This document shows, piece by piece, positions 7,874 through 16,620 of a stretch of 21,835 nucleotides of DNA. The position numbers and the translations under genes were made by a program. The stretch's first letter is position 1; each line of letters opens with the position of its first letter. The DNA is from Alphaproteobacteria bacterium (lineage in GTDB: Bacteria; Pseudomonadota; Alphaproteobacteria; UBA7887), in the NCBI GenBank assembly GCA_047517485.1, contig JAKZSU010000063.1:1-21835 (forward strand), written 5' to 3'. The notes beneath the pieces are model-generated. The model saw only the letters and a list, made by a program, of their open reading frames with translations. It made no database searches and was not told the origin of the DNA.

Positions 7874-8139
7874 TAGAGCCTTTCCGGGCCTAATTGAGCC
7901 GGTTTGATGGGCCAAATTGACTTTTCGGGTAGGCGCGGCGCGAAGGGCGATGCGGCGCATCGGCCGAGCGTTGCAACGCACGCGCAGAGCCAATTTGGCC
8001 CACCGCAGGCCGCGCTCCCTTGCGCCTCGGCGTCGTTGCGCGTCTTGCCCGATGCACCGCATCGCGCGGTGACGCACGCCTGGGCGCGACACAAGGGAGC
8101 GCGGTCAAACCGATTCAATTAGGGCCGGAAAGGCTCTAG
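7874..8139. repeat. MITE/REP-like palindromic element, family A copy 1 (about 266 bp) with about 35-bp terminal inverted repeats and nested internal inverted repeats
   Basis: Left end ctagagcctttccgggcctaattgagccggtttga versus right end tcaaaccgattcaattagggccggaaaggctctag (reverse complement 31/35). Internal IRs are gggccaaattg / caatttggccc and gcgctcccttg / caagggagcgc. About 60 bp of core recurs at 21749..21800. Confidence 0.55.
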
Positions 8140-8337
8140 CGCCGCGCCGCGCCGCGTCTATTGAGTTGACCGCGTATGGCCCGGTGAGAGATCATTGGCG
8201 CGCTCGCCGCCAGCCCCGGTGGACGGGCGTCGACAAGAAGGGGCGCGGGAGGAAGAAGTGGACCAGCCCGGTTTTCGGGCGGGCCCTTCCGGGTTACGCG
8301 GAAATTGGCGGTTATTGGAGACTGGATAACTTAACCT

Positions 8338-10395
8338 ATGGCTAGTCGTCTCGGGATTGATGTCGGAGGAACGTTTACCGACCTGCTGTTGTTCAACGAC
8401 GACAGCGGGGCCATTCAGCTGCTCAAGACGCCGTCCACCCCCGAGGATCAGTCGATCGGCATTCTCCAGGGCATCGAGAAAATTCTCGCCGAGAGCGGCA
8501 CCTCGCCGGCGGCGATCCAGTCGCTGCTGCATGGCACCACGGTATCGACCAACATCGTGCTCGAGGAGAAGGGCGCCAAGGTCGGCTTGATCGTCACCGA
8601 GAATTTCGAGCAAATCCTGCATATGGCGCGCTCGCAAACCCCGGGACCGCTGGCCGGCTGGATGATCATGATCAAGCCCGATCCGCTGGCCGATCTCGAG
8701 GTTACCCGCGGGGTACCCGAACGCGTCGATTCGCGCGGCCAAGTGGTGACCCCGCTCGACGAAAGCGCGGTCCGCACAGCCGTCGGCGAGCTCGCCGCCG
8801 CTGGGGTCGAATCGATCACCGTGTCGCTGCTGCACGCCTATGCCAACCCGGCGCATGAAGAGCGCATACGGGCGATTATCCGCGACATGGGTGTCGACGT
8901 GCCGATCTCGCTGTCGTCGGAAATCCTGCCCGAGTTTCGCGAGTACGAGCGCACGCTGGTGGCGGTGATGAACGCCTATGTTCGCCCGGCGATGCGGCGC
9001 TATCTCGCCAATTTCGAGGACAAGCTGGCGAATATTCAGTTTTCGCCGCATGTCAGCATCATTCGTTCGGACGGTGGGGTGATGAGCGTCGAGCGGGCCT
9101 CGGAATCGCCGGTCCACACCATGCTGTCGGGCCCCGCCGGCGGGGTCTCCGGCGCCGCCTTCGTCGCCGGTCTCGCGGGCCATCCGGAAGCGCTCGGCTT
9201 CGACATGGGCGGCACCTCGACCGATGTTTCGCTGATCCGCGACGGCAAGCCGACGATCTCGCGCCAGACCTCGCTGGGCTATTACCCGATCAAGATTCCG
9301 TCGGTCGAAGTCCATAGCGTCGGCGCCGGCGGCGGCTCGATCGCCCATGTGCCGATGACCGGGGCGCTGAGAGTCGGCCCGGAAAGCGCCGGCGCGGTGC
9401 CGGGGCCGGCGTGCTACGGCAAGGGCGGCGATCAGCCGACGGTGACCGACGCCAACGTGATGCTCGGCCGCCTGCCGCCGGCGCTGCTCGGCGGCGAGAT
9501 GCGGCTCGACGTCAAGGCGGCCGAGGACGCGGTACAGAAAATCGCCCGCGCGATCGGCCTCGATACCTATCAGGCAGCGCAAGGCATTCTCGATATCGTC
9601 AATGAGAACATGTTCGGCGCGCTGCGCCTGCTGACGGTGCAAAAAGGCTTGGATTCGCGCGATTTCGCGCTGGTCGCGTTCGGCGGCGCCGGACCGATGC
9701 ACGGCAATGCGCTGGGTATTCTCGCCGGCTGCTTCCCGGTGATCGTACCGCCGACACCGGGCGTCCTCTCGGCGCTCGGCTTTCTCTATTCCGACGTCAA
9801 GAACGAGTTCGCCCAGACCTTCATCCGCAATCTCGATGACGTGCAAGGCGAGCAAATCCGCGACGTGCTGTCGGGTCTCGGCCAGCAAGCGCGCGCTTGG
9901 CTGCAGGAAGAAGGCATCGAGGAAGCGCGCCAGACCCTGCATTACGAGGTCGACGTGCGCTACTTCCGCCAAGGCTATGAATTTTCGCTCGACGTCGGCC
10001 TCGAGGGCCTGGCGAACGGCGGTCTCGGCGACATCGCCGACCGCTTTGGCGCCGCCCACGAGCGCTTGTACGGCTTCCGCCTCGAGCAGCCGGTGGAATT
10101 GGTCAATTTGCGCTCGGTCGGCACCGGTGCCGTGGCCAAGGTACCGTCGCCCAAATTCGAGCGCGGCGAGGCGGACACCTCCGCCGCCGTGGTTGAACAG
10201 CACCGAGTGTTTTTCGATGGCAACTTCCTGACCGCGAACATCTATGATCGCAGCCTACTCACCGCCGGGAACCGGGTGACCGGGCCGGCGGTGATCATGC
10301 AGAAAGACACCACGACGGTGGTCCATCCGGGCCACGTCGGCGAAGTCGACGAGTATCTGAACATCTTGATTTGGCCGGAGACCGGACGCCAATGA
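8338..10395 (+). CDS. hyuA: Hydantoinase/oxoprolinase family subunit A (ATP-dependent hydantoinase / N-methylhydantoinase A-like)
   Basis: N-terminal GIDVGGTFTDLLL (actin-like ATPase fold motif of HyuA/OplA). The 685-aa length fits the family. The stop overlaps the hyuB start (ATGA). Confidence 0.9.
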   Translation: MASRLGIDVGGTFTDLLLFNDDSGAIQLLKTPSTPEDQSIGILQGIEKILAESGTSPAAIQSLLHGTTVSTNIVLEEKGAKVGLIVTENFEQILHMARSQTPGPLAGWMIMIKPDPLADLEVTRGVPERVDSRGQVVTPLDESAVRTAVGELAAAGVESITVSLLHAYANPAHEERIRAIIRDMGVDVPISLSSEILPEFREYERTLVAVMNAYVRPAMRRYLANFEDKLANIQFSPHVSIIRSDGGVMSVERASESPVHTMLSGPAGGVSGAAFVAGLAGHPEALGFDMGGTSTDVSLIRDGKPTISRQTSLGYYPIKIPSVEVHSVGAGGGSIAHVPMTGALRVGPESAGAVPGPACYGKGGDQPTVTDANVMLGRLPPALLGGEMRLDVKAAEDAVQKIARAIGLDTYQAAQGILDIVNENMFGALRLLTVQKGLDSRDFALVAFGGAGPMHGNALGILAGCFPVIVPPTPGVLSALGFLYSDVKNEFAQTFIRNLDDVQGEQIRDVLSGLGQQARAWLQEEGIEEARQTLHYEVDVRYFRQGYEFSLDVGLEGLANGGLGDIADRFGAAHERLYGFRLEQPVELVNLRSVGTGAVAKVPSPKFERGEADTSAAVVEQHRVFFDGNFLTANIYDRSLLTAGNRVTGPAVIMQKDTTTVVHPGHVGEVDEYLNILIWPETGRQ

Positions 10396-12671
10396 GTGAA
10401 TTCGACCGATCGCGCGTAGCGACATCGCTTGACGACCTGCTGAGGTCGAGCCGCGACCAGTTCGAGGCGGTGGTGGCGGGCCAGAAGACCGAAATCGGCC
10501 TGGTCAACGTCAGCCACGTCCCGGTGACCGCCGATCAGTTGGCCTCGGCCAGCCTGGCCTCCGAGGGCAACGGCGCGGGGGACGTGACCGCGACTTTGAA
10601 CGCACGCTTTGGCGACGACTGGTCGACGGAGATCGTCGAACATAAGGTCGAGCGTGGCCGGGTCACGGTGCTGTGCAAACTCACCGTCGGCGACACCAGC
10701 AAGATGCAATTCGGCAGCGTGCGGGTGAACGGCGACGAAGGCGCGGCGTTGCAAATGGCGGCCGACGACGCGCTCGACAAATGCGCCGCGATGTTCAACG
10801 GCACTGGCAACGGGGCGGCACCCGCCGATACCAAGGCGCCAGTGGCGCGGCCGGACGCCGAGCCCATTGCCGCCGCCGCGCCAGCGGCACGCCAGACGTC
10901 CGGCGCGCTCGATCCGATTACCTTGGACCTGATCGAGAACGCGCTGCGCAACGCGCGCCACGAAATGGACGCGGTGCTGTTCCGCTCGGCGATGTCGCCG
11001 GTGATCCGCGAGCAGCATGACGAGTTCCCGATGATCACCGACCGCCAGGGACGGATGATCGTCGGCCAATTCGGCTCCTACGTCCCGGAGATGCTGCGCA
11101 GTTTCGAAATCACTTTCGAGCCCGGCGACGTGCTGCTGCAGAGCGATCCCTACAAATGCGGCGGCGCGATCAGCCATATCAACGACTGGATGGTGCTGGT
11201 CCCCATCTTCCATCAGGGCGAACTGGTCGGCTTCAGCTCGATGTTCGGCCACATGATGGATGTCGGCGGCTGGGTGCCAGGCAGCATGCCGACCGCGGCG
11301 TCGTCGATCTTCGGCGAGGGCATCCGCATTCCGCCGATCAAGATCTACGAGCGTGGCGTGCTCAACAAGGGCGCGCTCGACTTGTTGATGAACAACACCC
11401 GCACCCCGGAGATGAATTACAGCGACTTGATGGCGATCGTCGCCGGTAGCCGCGCCGGCGAGAAGCGGGTGATCGAGATTTGCGACCGTTTCGGCGCCGA
11501 AACCTACAATAAGGCGTGCGACGCGTTGTTGGAGCGCACCAACCGCGCGATGCGGACGCTGATCACCCAGAACCTGCCCGAGGAGCCGCAATCGTTCGAG
11601 GATTACGTCGACGATGACGGCTGCGGCAACGGCCCGTTCAAAATGAAATTGACGGTGTGGCGCGAGGGCGATCACGCCTATTTCGACTGGACCGGAACCT
11701 CGCCGCAAGCCGAGGGACCGATCAATTTCTATCTCCACGATGGCATGTTCAAAATGTTCATCGGGGTCTACATGATCATGGTGTTCGATCCGCAGATCCT
11801 GTTCAACGACGGGTTCTACGACCTCATCCACGTAACCATGCCGGACGGCTCATTGGTGCATCCGACGTTCCCCGCGGCACTGGGGTGTCGCACCCACGCG
11901 TTGGCGCGCCAGTTCGATGTCCTGGGCGGCGCGCTGAGCAAGAACGCGCCGGAGATGGCGACCGCGGCGGGGTACGGATCGAGCCCGCATTTCCTCTACT
12001 CGGGAACCGATTCCGACGGCCGCGCCTTCCAGCTGATGGAAATTCTTTACGGCGGCATCCCGGGACGGCCGATCGGCGACGGCATGGACGGCCATTCGTG
12101 GTGGCCGCTGTTCGAAAACATTCCCACCGAATATCTCGAAAGCTATTACCCGATGCGGGTCGAGAGCTACGCGTCTATTCGCGATTCCGGCGGCGCCGGA
12201 CTGCATCGCGGCGGCAACGGGGTCGACAAGGTCTATCTGCTGCTCGAGGCCGGAGAAATCTCAATTCATGACGACCGGCACCTGACCCAGCCGTGGGGTA
12301 TTCTCGGCGGCAAACCGGGCGAATGTTCGGAGAAGTGGCTGGAGCGCGCCGATGGATCGCGCGAACCGCTGCCGTCGAAAATCGACAGTGTGAAAGTGGT
12401 CAAGGGCGACCGGATCATTTTCCGCACCGCCGGCGGCGGCGGCTGGGGCGATCCGTTGCAGCGCGATACCCAAGCCGTGCGCAACGATGTCGCGCGTAAA
12501 CTGGTGAGCGCCGCCGCGGCACACAACGAATACGGCGTGGTGCTCGGCGGCGACGCTATCACCGTGGACGCGCGCGCGACCGAGGATGCGCGCGCGAGCA
12601 TGCGTGCCAACCGCGCGACGCAGCCGCTGTTCGATTTCGGCGAGCGACCTTCGGGAGTACGTTCGAGTTAA
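10392..12671 (+). CDS. hyuB: Hydantoinase B/oxoprolinase family subunit B with an unusual about 175-aa N-terminal extension carrying an uncharacterised conserved core domain
   Basis: From about nt 10908 onward (LDPITLDLIENALRNARHEMDAVLFRSAMSPVIREQHDEFPMITD...) the sequence is canonical HyuB. Residues 1-175 are in frame with no stop and no internal start. They are paralogous to ORF 3608..4078 and joined by an Ala/Pro-rich linker. Confidence 0.88.
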   Translation: MSEFDRSRVATSLDDLLRSSRDQFEAVVAGQKTEIGLVNVSHVPVTADQLASASLASEGNGAGDVTATLNARFGDDWSTEIVEHKVERGRVTVLCKLTVGDTSKMQFGSVRVNGDEGAALQMAADDALDKCAAMFNGTGNGAAPADTKAPVARPDAEPIAAAAPAARQTSGALDPITLDLIENALRNARHEMDAVLFRSAMSPVIREQHDEFPMITDRQGRMIVGQFGSYVPEMLRSFEITFEPGDVLLQSDPYKCGGAISHINDWMVLVPIFHQGELVGFSSMFGHMMDVGGWVPGSMPTAASSIFGEGIRIPPIKIYERGVLNKGALDLLMNNTRTPEMNYSDLMAIVAGSRAGEKRVIEICDRFGAETYNKACDALLERTNRAMRTLITQNLPEEPQSFEDYVDDDGCGNGPFKMKLTVWREGDHAYFDWTGTSPQAEGPINFYLHDGMFKMFIGVYMIMVFDPQILFNDGFYDLIHVTMPDGSLVHPTFPAALGCRTHALARQFDVLGGALSKNAPEMATAAGYGSSPHFLYSGTDSDGRAFQLMEILYGGIPGRPIGDGMDGHSWWPLFENIPTEYLESYYPMRVESYASIRDSGGAGLHRGGNGVDKVYLLLEAGEISIHDDRHLTQPWGILGGKPGECSEKWLERADGSREPLPSKIDSVKVVKGDRIIFRTAGGGGWGDPLQRDTQAVRNDVARKLVSAAAAHNEYGVVLGGDAITVDARATEDARASMRANRATQPLFDFGERPSGVRSS

Positions 12672-12774
12672 ATTTGGGAGGGCCCGGCGCGACAACCATG
12701 CATCGGGTAAAATTGTGGCACGCTTCGTCACGTAACAATCAGGCGGCCCAAGGTCGCCGCACGGGTGGTCGAAA

Positions 12775-15519
12775 ATGGTCGAATTCTGGCTAACGCTCCT
12801 CATTGTCGTCATCGTCGTCATCGCCATCGTCTACATACTCTCGATTTGGGTATACAAGCGCGCGCCGGCGAACATGGCGTTCATCCGCACCGGTTTTTTG
12901 GGGACGAAAGTGTGCGTTGGACAGGGCGCGGTGGTGCTGCCGGTATTCCACGAGATCTCGTGGGTGAGCTTGGAAACCATCAAGCTGATCATCAGCCGGG
13001 CACGCGACCAGGCGGTGTTGACGTCGGATAAGATCCGTATCGATCTCGGGGTCGAGCTTTATGCCCATGTCGGCCGCGGCAACGACGAAGTGCTGACCGC
13101 GAGCCGCAGCCTGGGCGACAAGACCTTCGATCCGGACAAGGTGCGCAATCTGCTCGAAGCCAAGGTGGTAAGCGCGCTGCGCAGCTATGCCGCCACCAAG
13201 ACCCTGAACGAGCTGCACGAAAATCGCGATATCTTCGCCAAGGCGATCAGGGAGAGCGTGGTCGAGAGCTTTCACGCCAATGGTCTTATGCTCGAGGAAG
13301 TCACTGTCGTCGCGCTCGAGCAGACCGCTAAGGATTATTTCAAGACCGACAATGTGTTCGACGCCGAAGGTCTGAAAATCATCACCGAGATCACCTCGGA
13401 CGCGCGCCGCAAGGTGCATGCGACGGAAAAGCGCACCACGGTGGCAATTCGCCAGAAGGATCTCGACACCCAGCTCGAGCTGCTCGAGATCGAGCGCAAG
13501 GAAAGCTTCGCCCGCGCCAGCCAAGACATGGAAGTGTCGAATGAGCAGGCCTTGCGGCTCGGCGAAAAGCAGGTCTACGTGCTCGATCAGCGGATGTCGG
13601 TGGAACAGCGCGAGATCGAGAATGAAAAGGAACTCGAACGCTTGCGCACCGAGCGCGAAGTGGCGATCACCGAGGAAGCGCAAAAGCGCGAGGCGATGGA
13701 GATCCGCAAGGAGCTCGCGCTCGAGGCCGAGCGGCGGCAGAAGGAAATCACCCTGATCGCCAAGGCCAAGGAAGAGGAGCTCGCCAATATCGAGCGCCGG
13801 CTGTCGTTGGAGAAGGCCGAGAAGGATCGCGAGATCGAACTGGTTGCCAAGGCGGAGCAGGAAGAACTCGCCGAGATCAGCCGCGAACTGGCGCGCGAGA
13901 GCGCCGAAAAGCAACGTCAGATCGAATTGATCGGCAAGGAAAAAGAGCGCCAGCAAGCCGATATCCAGCGCGCCACCGCGGTCCTGGCGGAGGAAGAGAA
14001 GGCGCGCGACGAACGCCACAAAGTCGCCGAGGAAACCGTCGTCGCGATGCGCAAGCGCGCGCTCGACACCAGGCTCGCGGTGCTCGACATCGAAAAGGAA
14101 GAGGAATTCGCCGCCACCACCCAGGAGCGCGAAGTCTCCGATCAGCGGGCGCGCGAGCTCGCCGAGACCCAGCAGTTCCTGCTCGACCAGCGCTGGCAGG
14201 TGCAAAAGGCGGAAATCGACAAGGATCTCGCGGTGGAGAAGGCGCGGATCGTCAAGGAGGCCGAAGTCGCCGACCAGATGAAGGTGCGCGAGGCCGCCGA
14301 GGTCAGACGCGCGCTCGCCCGCGAGCAGGAAGAGCGCGACCGCGAGATCGCCCTGGTCGCCAAGGACGAGGAACTGCGCCGCGCCGAGGTGCGCCAAGTC
14401 AAGGCGATCGAGCTCGAGGAGCAGGACCGCGAAATCGAGCTGATCGAAAAAGAGAAAGAGCGCGAGACCGCGGATATCCGGCGCTTCCTCGCCCGTGAAC
14501 TGGAAGAACGCGAACGCGAAATCGCTTTGGTGCAGAAGACCCAACAACTCGAGGCCGCCGAAGTCGAACGTCTAAAGACCACGGCCGAGAAAGAGCGCGG
14601 CCAGCACGGCGTCGAGTCGGTACGCGTGGTCGCCGATGCCGAGCGCACCAAGGAGATCGAGCGGATCCGCGCCGAGCAGGAGGCCGTGGCGTCAACCATC
14701 GCCGAGGAAGCCAAGGCGGAAGTCTCGAAGATGCACGTGGTCACCCAGTCGGAAGCGCGCAATCAGGCGGCCGCCGAAGAGGCCAAGGCGACGATGACCC
14801 GGGCCAAGGCGCAGAGCGATGCGCAGAAGATCGGCGCCGAGGGTATCGAGCGCGAGGCCGGCGCCCAGGGTCGCGCGGAAATGGAGATCGACGCGCTGCG
14901 CGCCGCCAACACCCAACGGCTGTTGGAGGCGGAGGCGGCGGGCATCGAGGCCAAGGCCGACGCGCTGAAGAAATATAACGACGCGGCGACTTTCCTCGAA
15001 CTCGCCAAGCTCCATATCGAGGCCGAGCGCGATATCCACATCGACCAGGCGAAGGCGATGGGCAATGCGCTGCAGAACGCCCAGATCCGCATGTATGGCG
15101 GCGGCGGCGGCGATGGCGACGGTGGGACGATCGACACCATCCGCGGCCTGTTCACCCAGGGCTTCGGTCTTGGCGAGGTGTTGGAGGGAGTCGCGCAGTC
15201 GCTCCCCGAGGGGCTGAAACAACGCTTCGCCGCCAACGGCATACGCGGCCTGTTCGGCCGGCCCTATGGCTCGGGCAGCCTCAAGGAGGCCTTCGATCAG
15301 CTCAAGGCGCTGGTCGAACAAAGCATGCGCAGCCGCAAGGCCCGCGAGATTCCGCTGTCCGAGGCGTTGCCCAAACTTATCGAGCAGGCCGGCGACGACG
15401 ACGCGATGCGCCTCGCGGTCGACATGTTGAAGGACTTCAACGCCGAAGGCACCTTCGACGACGTGCCGTTCGAAACGGTGTGGACCTTGCTTCAAGCGGC
15501 CGCGCGCAACATCGACTGA
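12775..15519 (+). CDS. Flotillin/SPFH (band 7, YqiK-like) membrane protein with expanded E/R/K-rich coiled-coil repeat region
   Basis: N-terminal TM (LTLLIVVIVVIAIVYILSIWVY), then an SPFH domain (IRTGFLGTKVCVGQGAVVLPVFHEISWVSLETIKL...). It has a flotillin-type C-terminal EA-repeat region. The middle has repeated REIELVAK/REIALVAK/REIELIEK units. At 914 aa it is much longer than typical YqiK. Confidence 0.85.
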   Translation: MVEFWLTLLIVVIVVIAIVYILSIWVYKRAPANMAFIRTGFLGTKVCVGQGAVVLPVFHEISWVSLETIKLIISRARDQAVLTSDKIRIDLGVELYAHVGRGNDEVLTASRSLGDKTFDPDKVRNLLEAKVVSALRSYAATKTLNELHENRDIFAKAIRESVVESFHANGLMLEEVTVVALEQTAKDYFKTDNVFDAEGLKIITEITSDARRKVHATEKRTTVAIRQKDLDTQLELLEIERKESFARASQDMEVSNEQALRLGEKQVYVLDQRMSVEQREIENEKELERLRTEREVAITEEAQKREAMEIRKELALEAERRQKEITLIAKAKEEELANIERRLSLEKAEKDREIELVAKAEQEELAEISRELARESAEKQRQIELIGKEKERQQADIQRATAVLAEEEKARDERHKVAEETVVAMRKRALDTRLAVLDIEKEEEFAATTQEREVSDQRARELAETQQFLLDQRWQVQKAEIDKDLAVEKARIVKEAEVADQMKVREAAEVRRALAREQEERDREIALVAKDEELRRAEVRQVKAIELEEQDREIELIEKEKERETADIRRFLARELEEREREIALVQKTQQLEAAEVERLKTTAEKERGQHGVESVRVVADAERTKEIERIRAEQEAVASTIAEEAKAEVSKMHVVTQSEARNQAAAEEAKATMTRAKAQSDAQKIGAEGIEREAGAQGRAEMEIDALRAANTQRLLEAEAAGIEAKADALKKYNDAATFLELAKLHIEAERDIHIDQAKAMGNALQNAQIRMYGGGGGDGDGGTIDTIRGLFTQGFGLGEVLEGVAQSLPEGLKQRFAANGIRGLFGRPYGSGSLKEAFDQLKALVEQSMRSRKAREIPLSEALPKLIEQAGDDDAMRLAVDMLKDFNAEGTFDDVPFETVWTLLQAAARNID

Positions 15520-15529
15520 GGCCGGTCGC

Positions 15530-16612
15530 GTGCCCGACTATGACGTGGTCCTGGAAGGCGTCGACAAGACGTTCGACGGCGACGTGCGCGCGGTTATCGA
15601 TTTTAACGCGGAGATCGAGCGCGGCGAATTCGTCGCCATGCTCGGGCCCTCGGGCTGCGGCAAAACCACCACATTGCGGATGATCGGCGGTCTGGAAGAG
15701 GTCACCGCCGGACGCATACTCATCGCCGGTAAGGACGTGACCGACCTGCCGCCGTCGCTTCGCGAGACGTCGATGATGTTCCAGAGTTTCGCGCTGTTCC
15801 CCCACCGTACGGTGTTCCAGAACGTCGAATTCAGCATGAAGATGAAAGGCATCTCGCGCGAGGCGCGGGCGAAGCCGGTGTGGGATATGCTGGAAAAGGT
15901 CAGTCTCGAGCCGCTCGCATCGCGCTACCCGCAGGATCTGAGCGGCGGCCAGCAACAACGTGTCGCCTTGGCGCGCGCATTGATCAGCAATCCCACCGTT
16001 CTTTTGCTCGACGAGCCGCTGGGCTCACTGGATTATAATCTTCGCCAGACAATGATCATCGAACTCAAGAAAATCCAGCGCGAACTCAGTTTGACGTTCA
16101 TAATGGTCACCCACAGCCAAGAAGAAGCGATGTCGATGGCCGACAAAGTCATCGTGATGAGCGATGCGATGATTCAACAAACCGGAACATCGCGGAAAAT
16201 ATACGAAAGCCCGCGCACCCGCTTCGTCGCTGAATTTATTGGTAACAACAACCTGTTTACCGGAATCATCCGTTCGCGTAGTGGCAGCATCGTTATAATC
16301 GAGGTCGCCGACCACTTGTGCTATGTCGCCGCGCCGGAAAAAGGGCGGCGTGTCACGCTTGGCGAGGAAGTCGCCTTCTCGGTGCGTGCCGATGTCATGC
16401 ACACCGGCGAGCAAGCCGATATGGCCAACCGGATCGAGGGGCGCTACCTCACTACCGAGTTCAGGGGATCGTTGGAAACCGACGTGTTCGAGCTGACGCC
16501 GGGACATTTCGTCCGCGTCGAACAGCATCGTAACGTCTCCGACCAAATGTACGCGAGCGGCGACCGCGAAGTCATTTGCTGGCCGGCCGAGTCCGGCGTG
16601 CTGCTCGAATAG
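15530..16612 (+). CDS. ABC transporter ATP-binding protein, PotA/polyamine-type importer ATPase with C-terminal TOBE-like domain (GTG start)
   Basis: Walker A GPSGCGKTT, Q-loop, signature LSGGQQQRVALARAL, and Walker B LLLDEPLGSLD. It starts 8 nt after the flotillin stop. Confidence 0.9.
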   Translation: MPDYDVVLEGVDKTFDGDVRAVIDFNAEIERGEFVAMLGPSGCGKTTTLRMIGGLEEVTAGRILIAGKDVTDLPPSLRETSMMFQSFALFPHRTVFQNVEFSMKMKGISREARAKPVWDMLEKVSLEPLASRYPQDLSGGQQQRVALARALISNPTVLLLDEPLGSLDYNLRQTMIIELKKIQRELSLTFIMVTHSQEEAMSMADKVIVMSDAMIQQTGTSRKIYESPRTRFVAEFIGNNNLFTGIIRSRSGSIVIIEVADHLCYVAAPEKGRRVTLGEEVAFSVRADVMHTGEQADMANRIEGRYLTTEFRGSLETDVFELTPGHFVRVEQHRNVSDQMYASGDREVICWPAESGVLLE

Positions 16613-16620
16613 ATTTATAC

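Noticed and set aside
7243-7907. Alternative frames 7243..7833 (-) and 7359..7907 (+) over the membrane-protein locus
   Set aside because: Both translate to Arg- or Asp-rich low-complexity sequence. Only the 7278..7808 minus frame gives coherent TM helices.
8158-10203. 681-aa ORF on the minus strand across hyuA
   Set aside because: It is antisense to a well-supported hyuA frame. The translation is Arg/Ala/Gly-rich low-complexity typical of high-GC shadow frames, with no recognisable motif.
10242-11831. 529-aa minus-strand ORF across hyuB
   Set aside because: Same reasoning: it is antisense to a canonical HyuB frame, with His/Arg/Ala-rich low-complexity translation.
12790-14547. 585-aa minus-strand ORF across the flotillin gene
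   Set aside because: It is a Leu/Phe/Asp-rich mirror of the sense-strand E/K/R repeat region. The sense frame has a clear SPFH domain and TM anchor.
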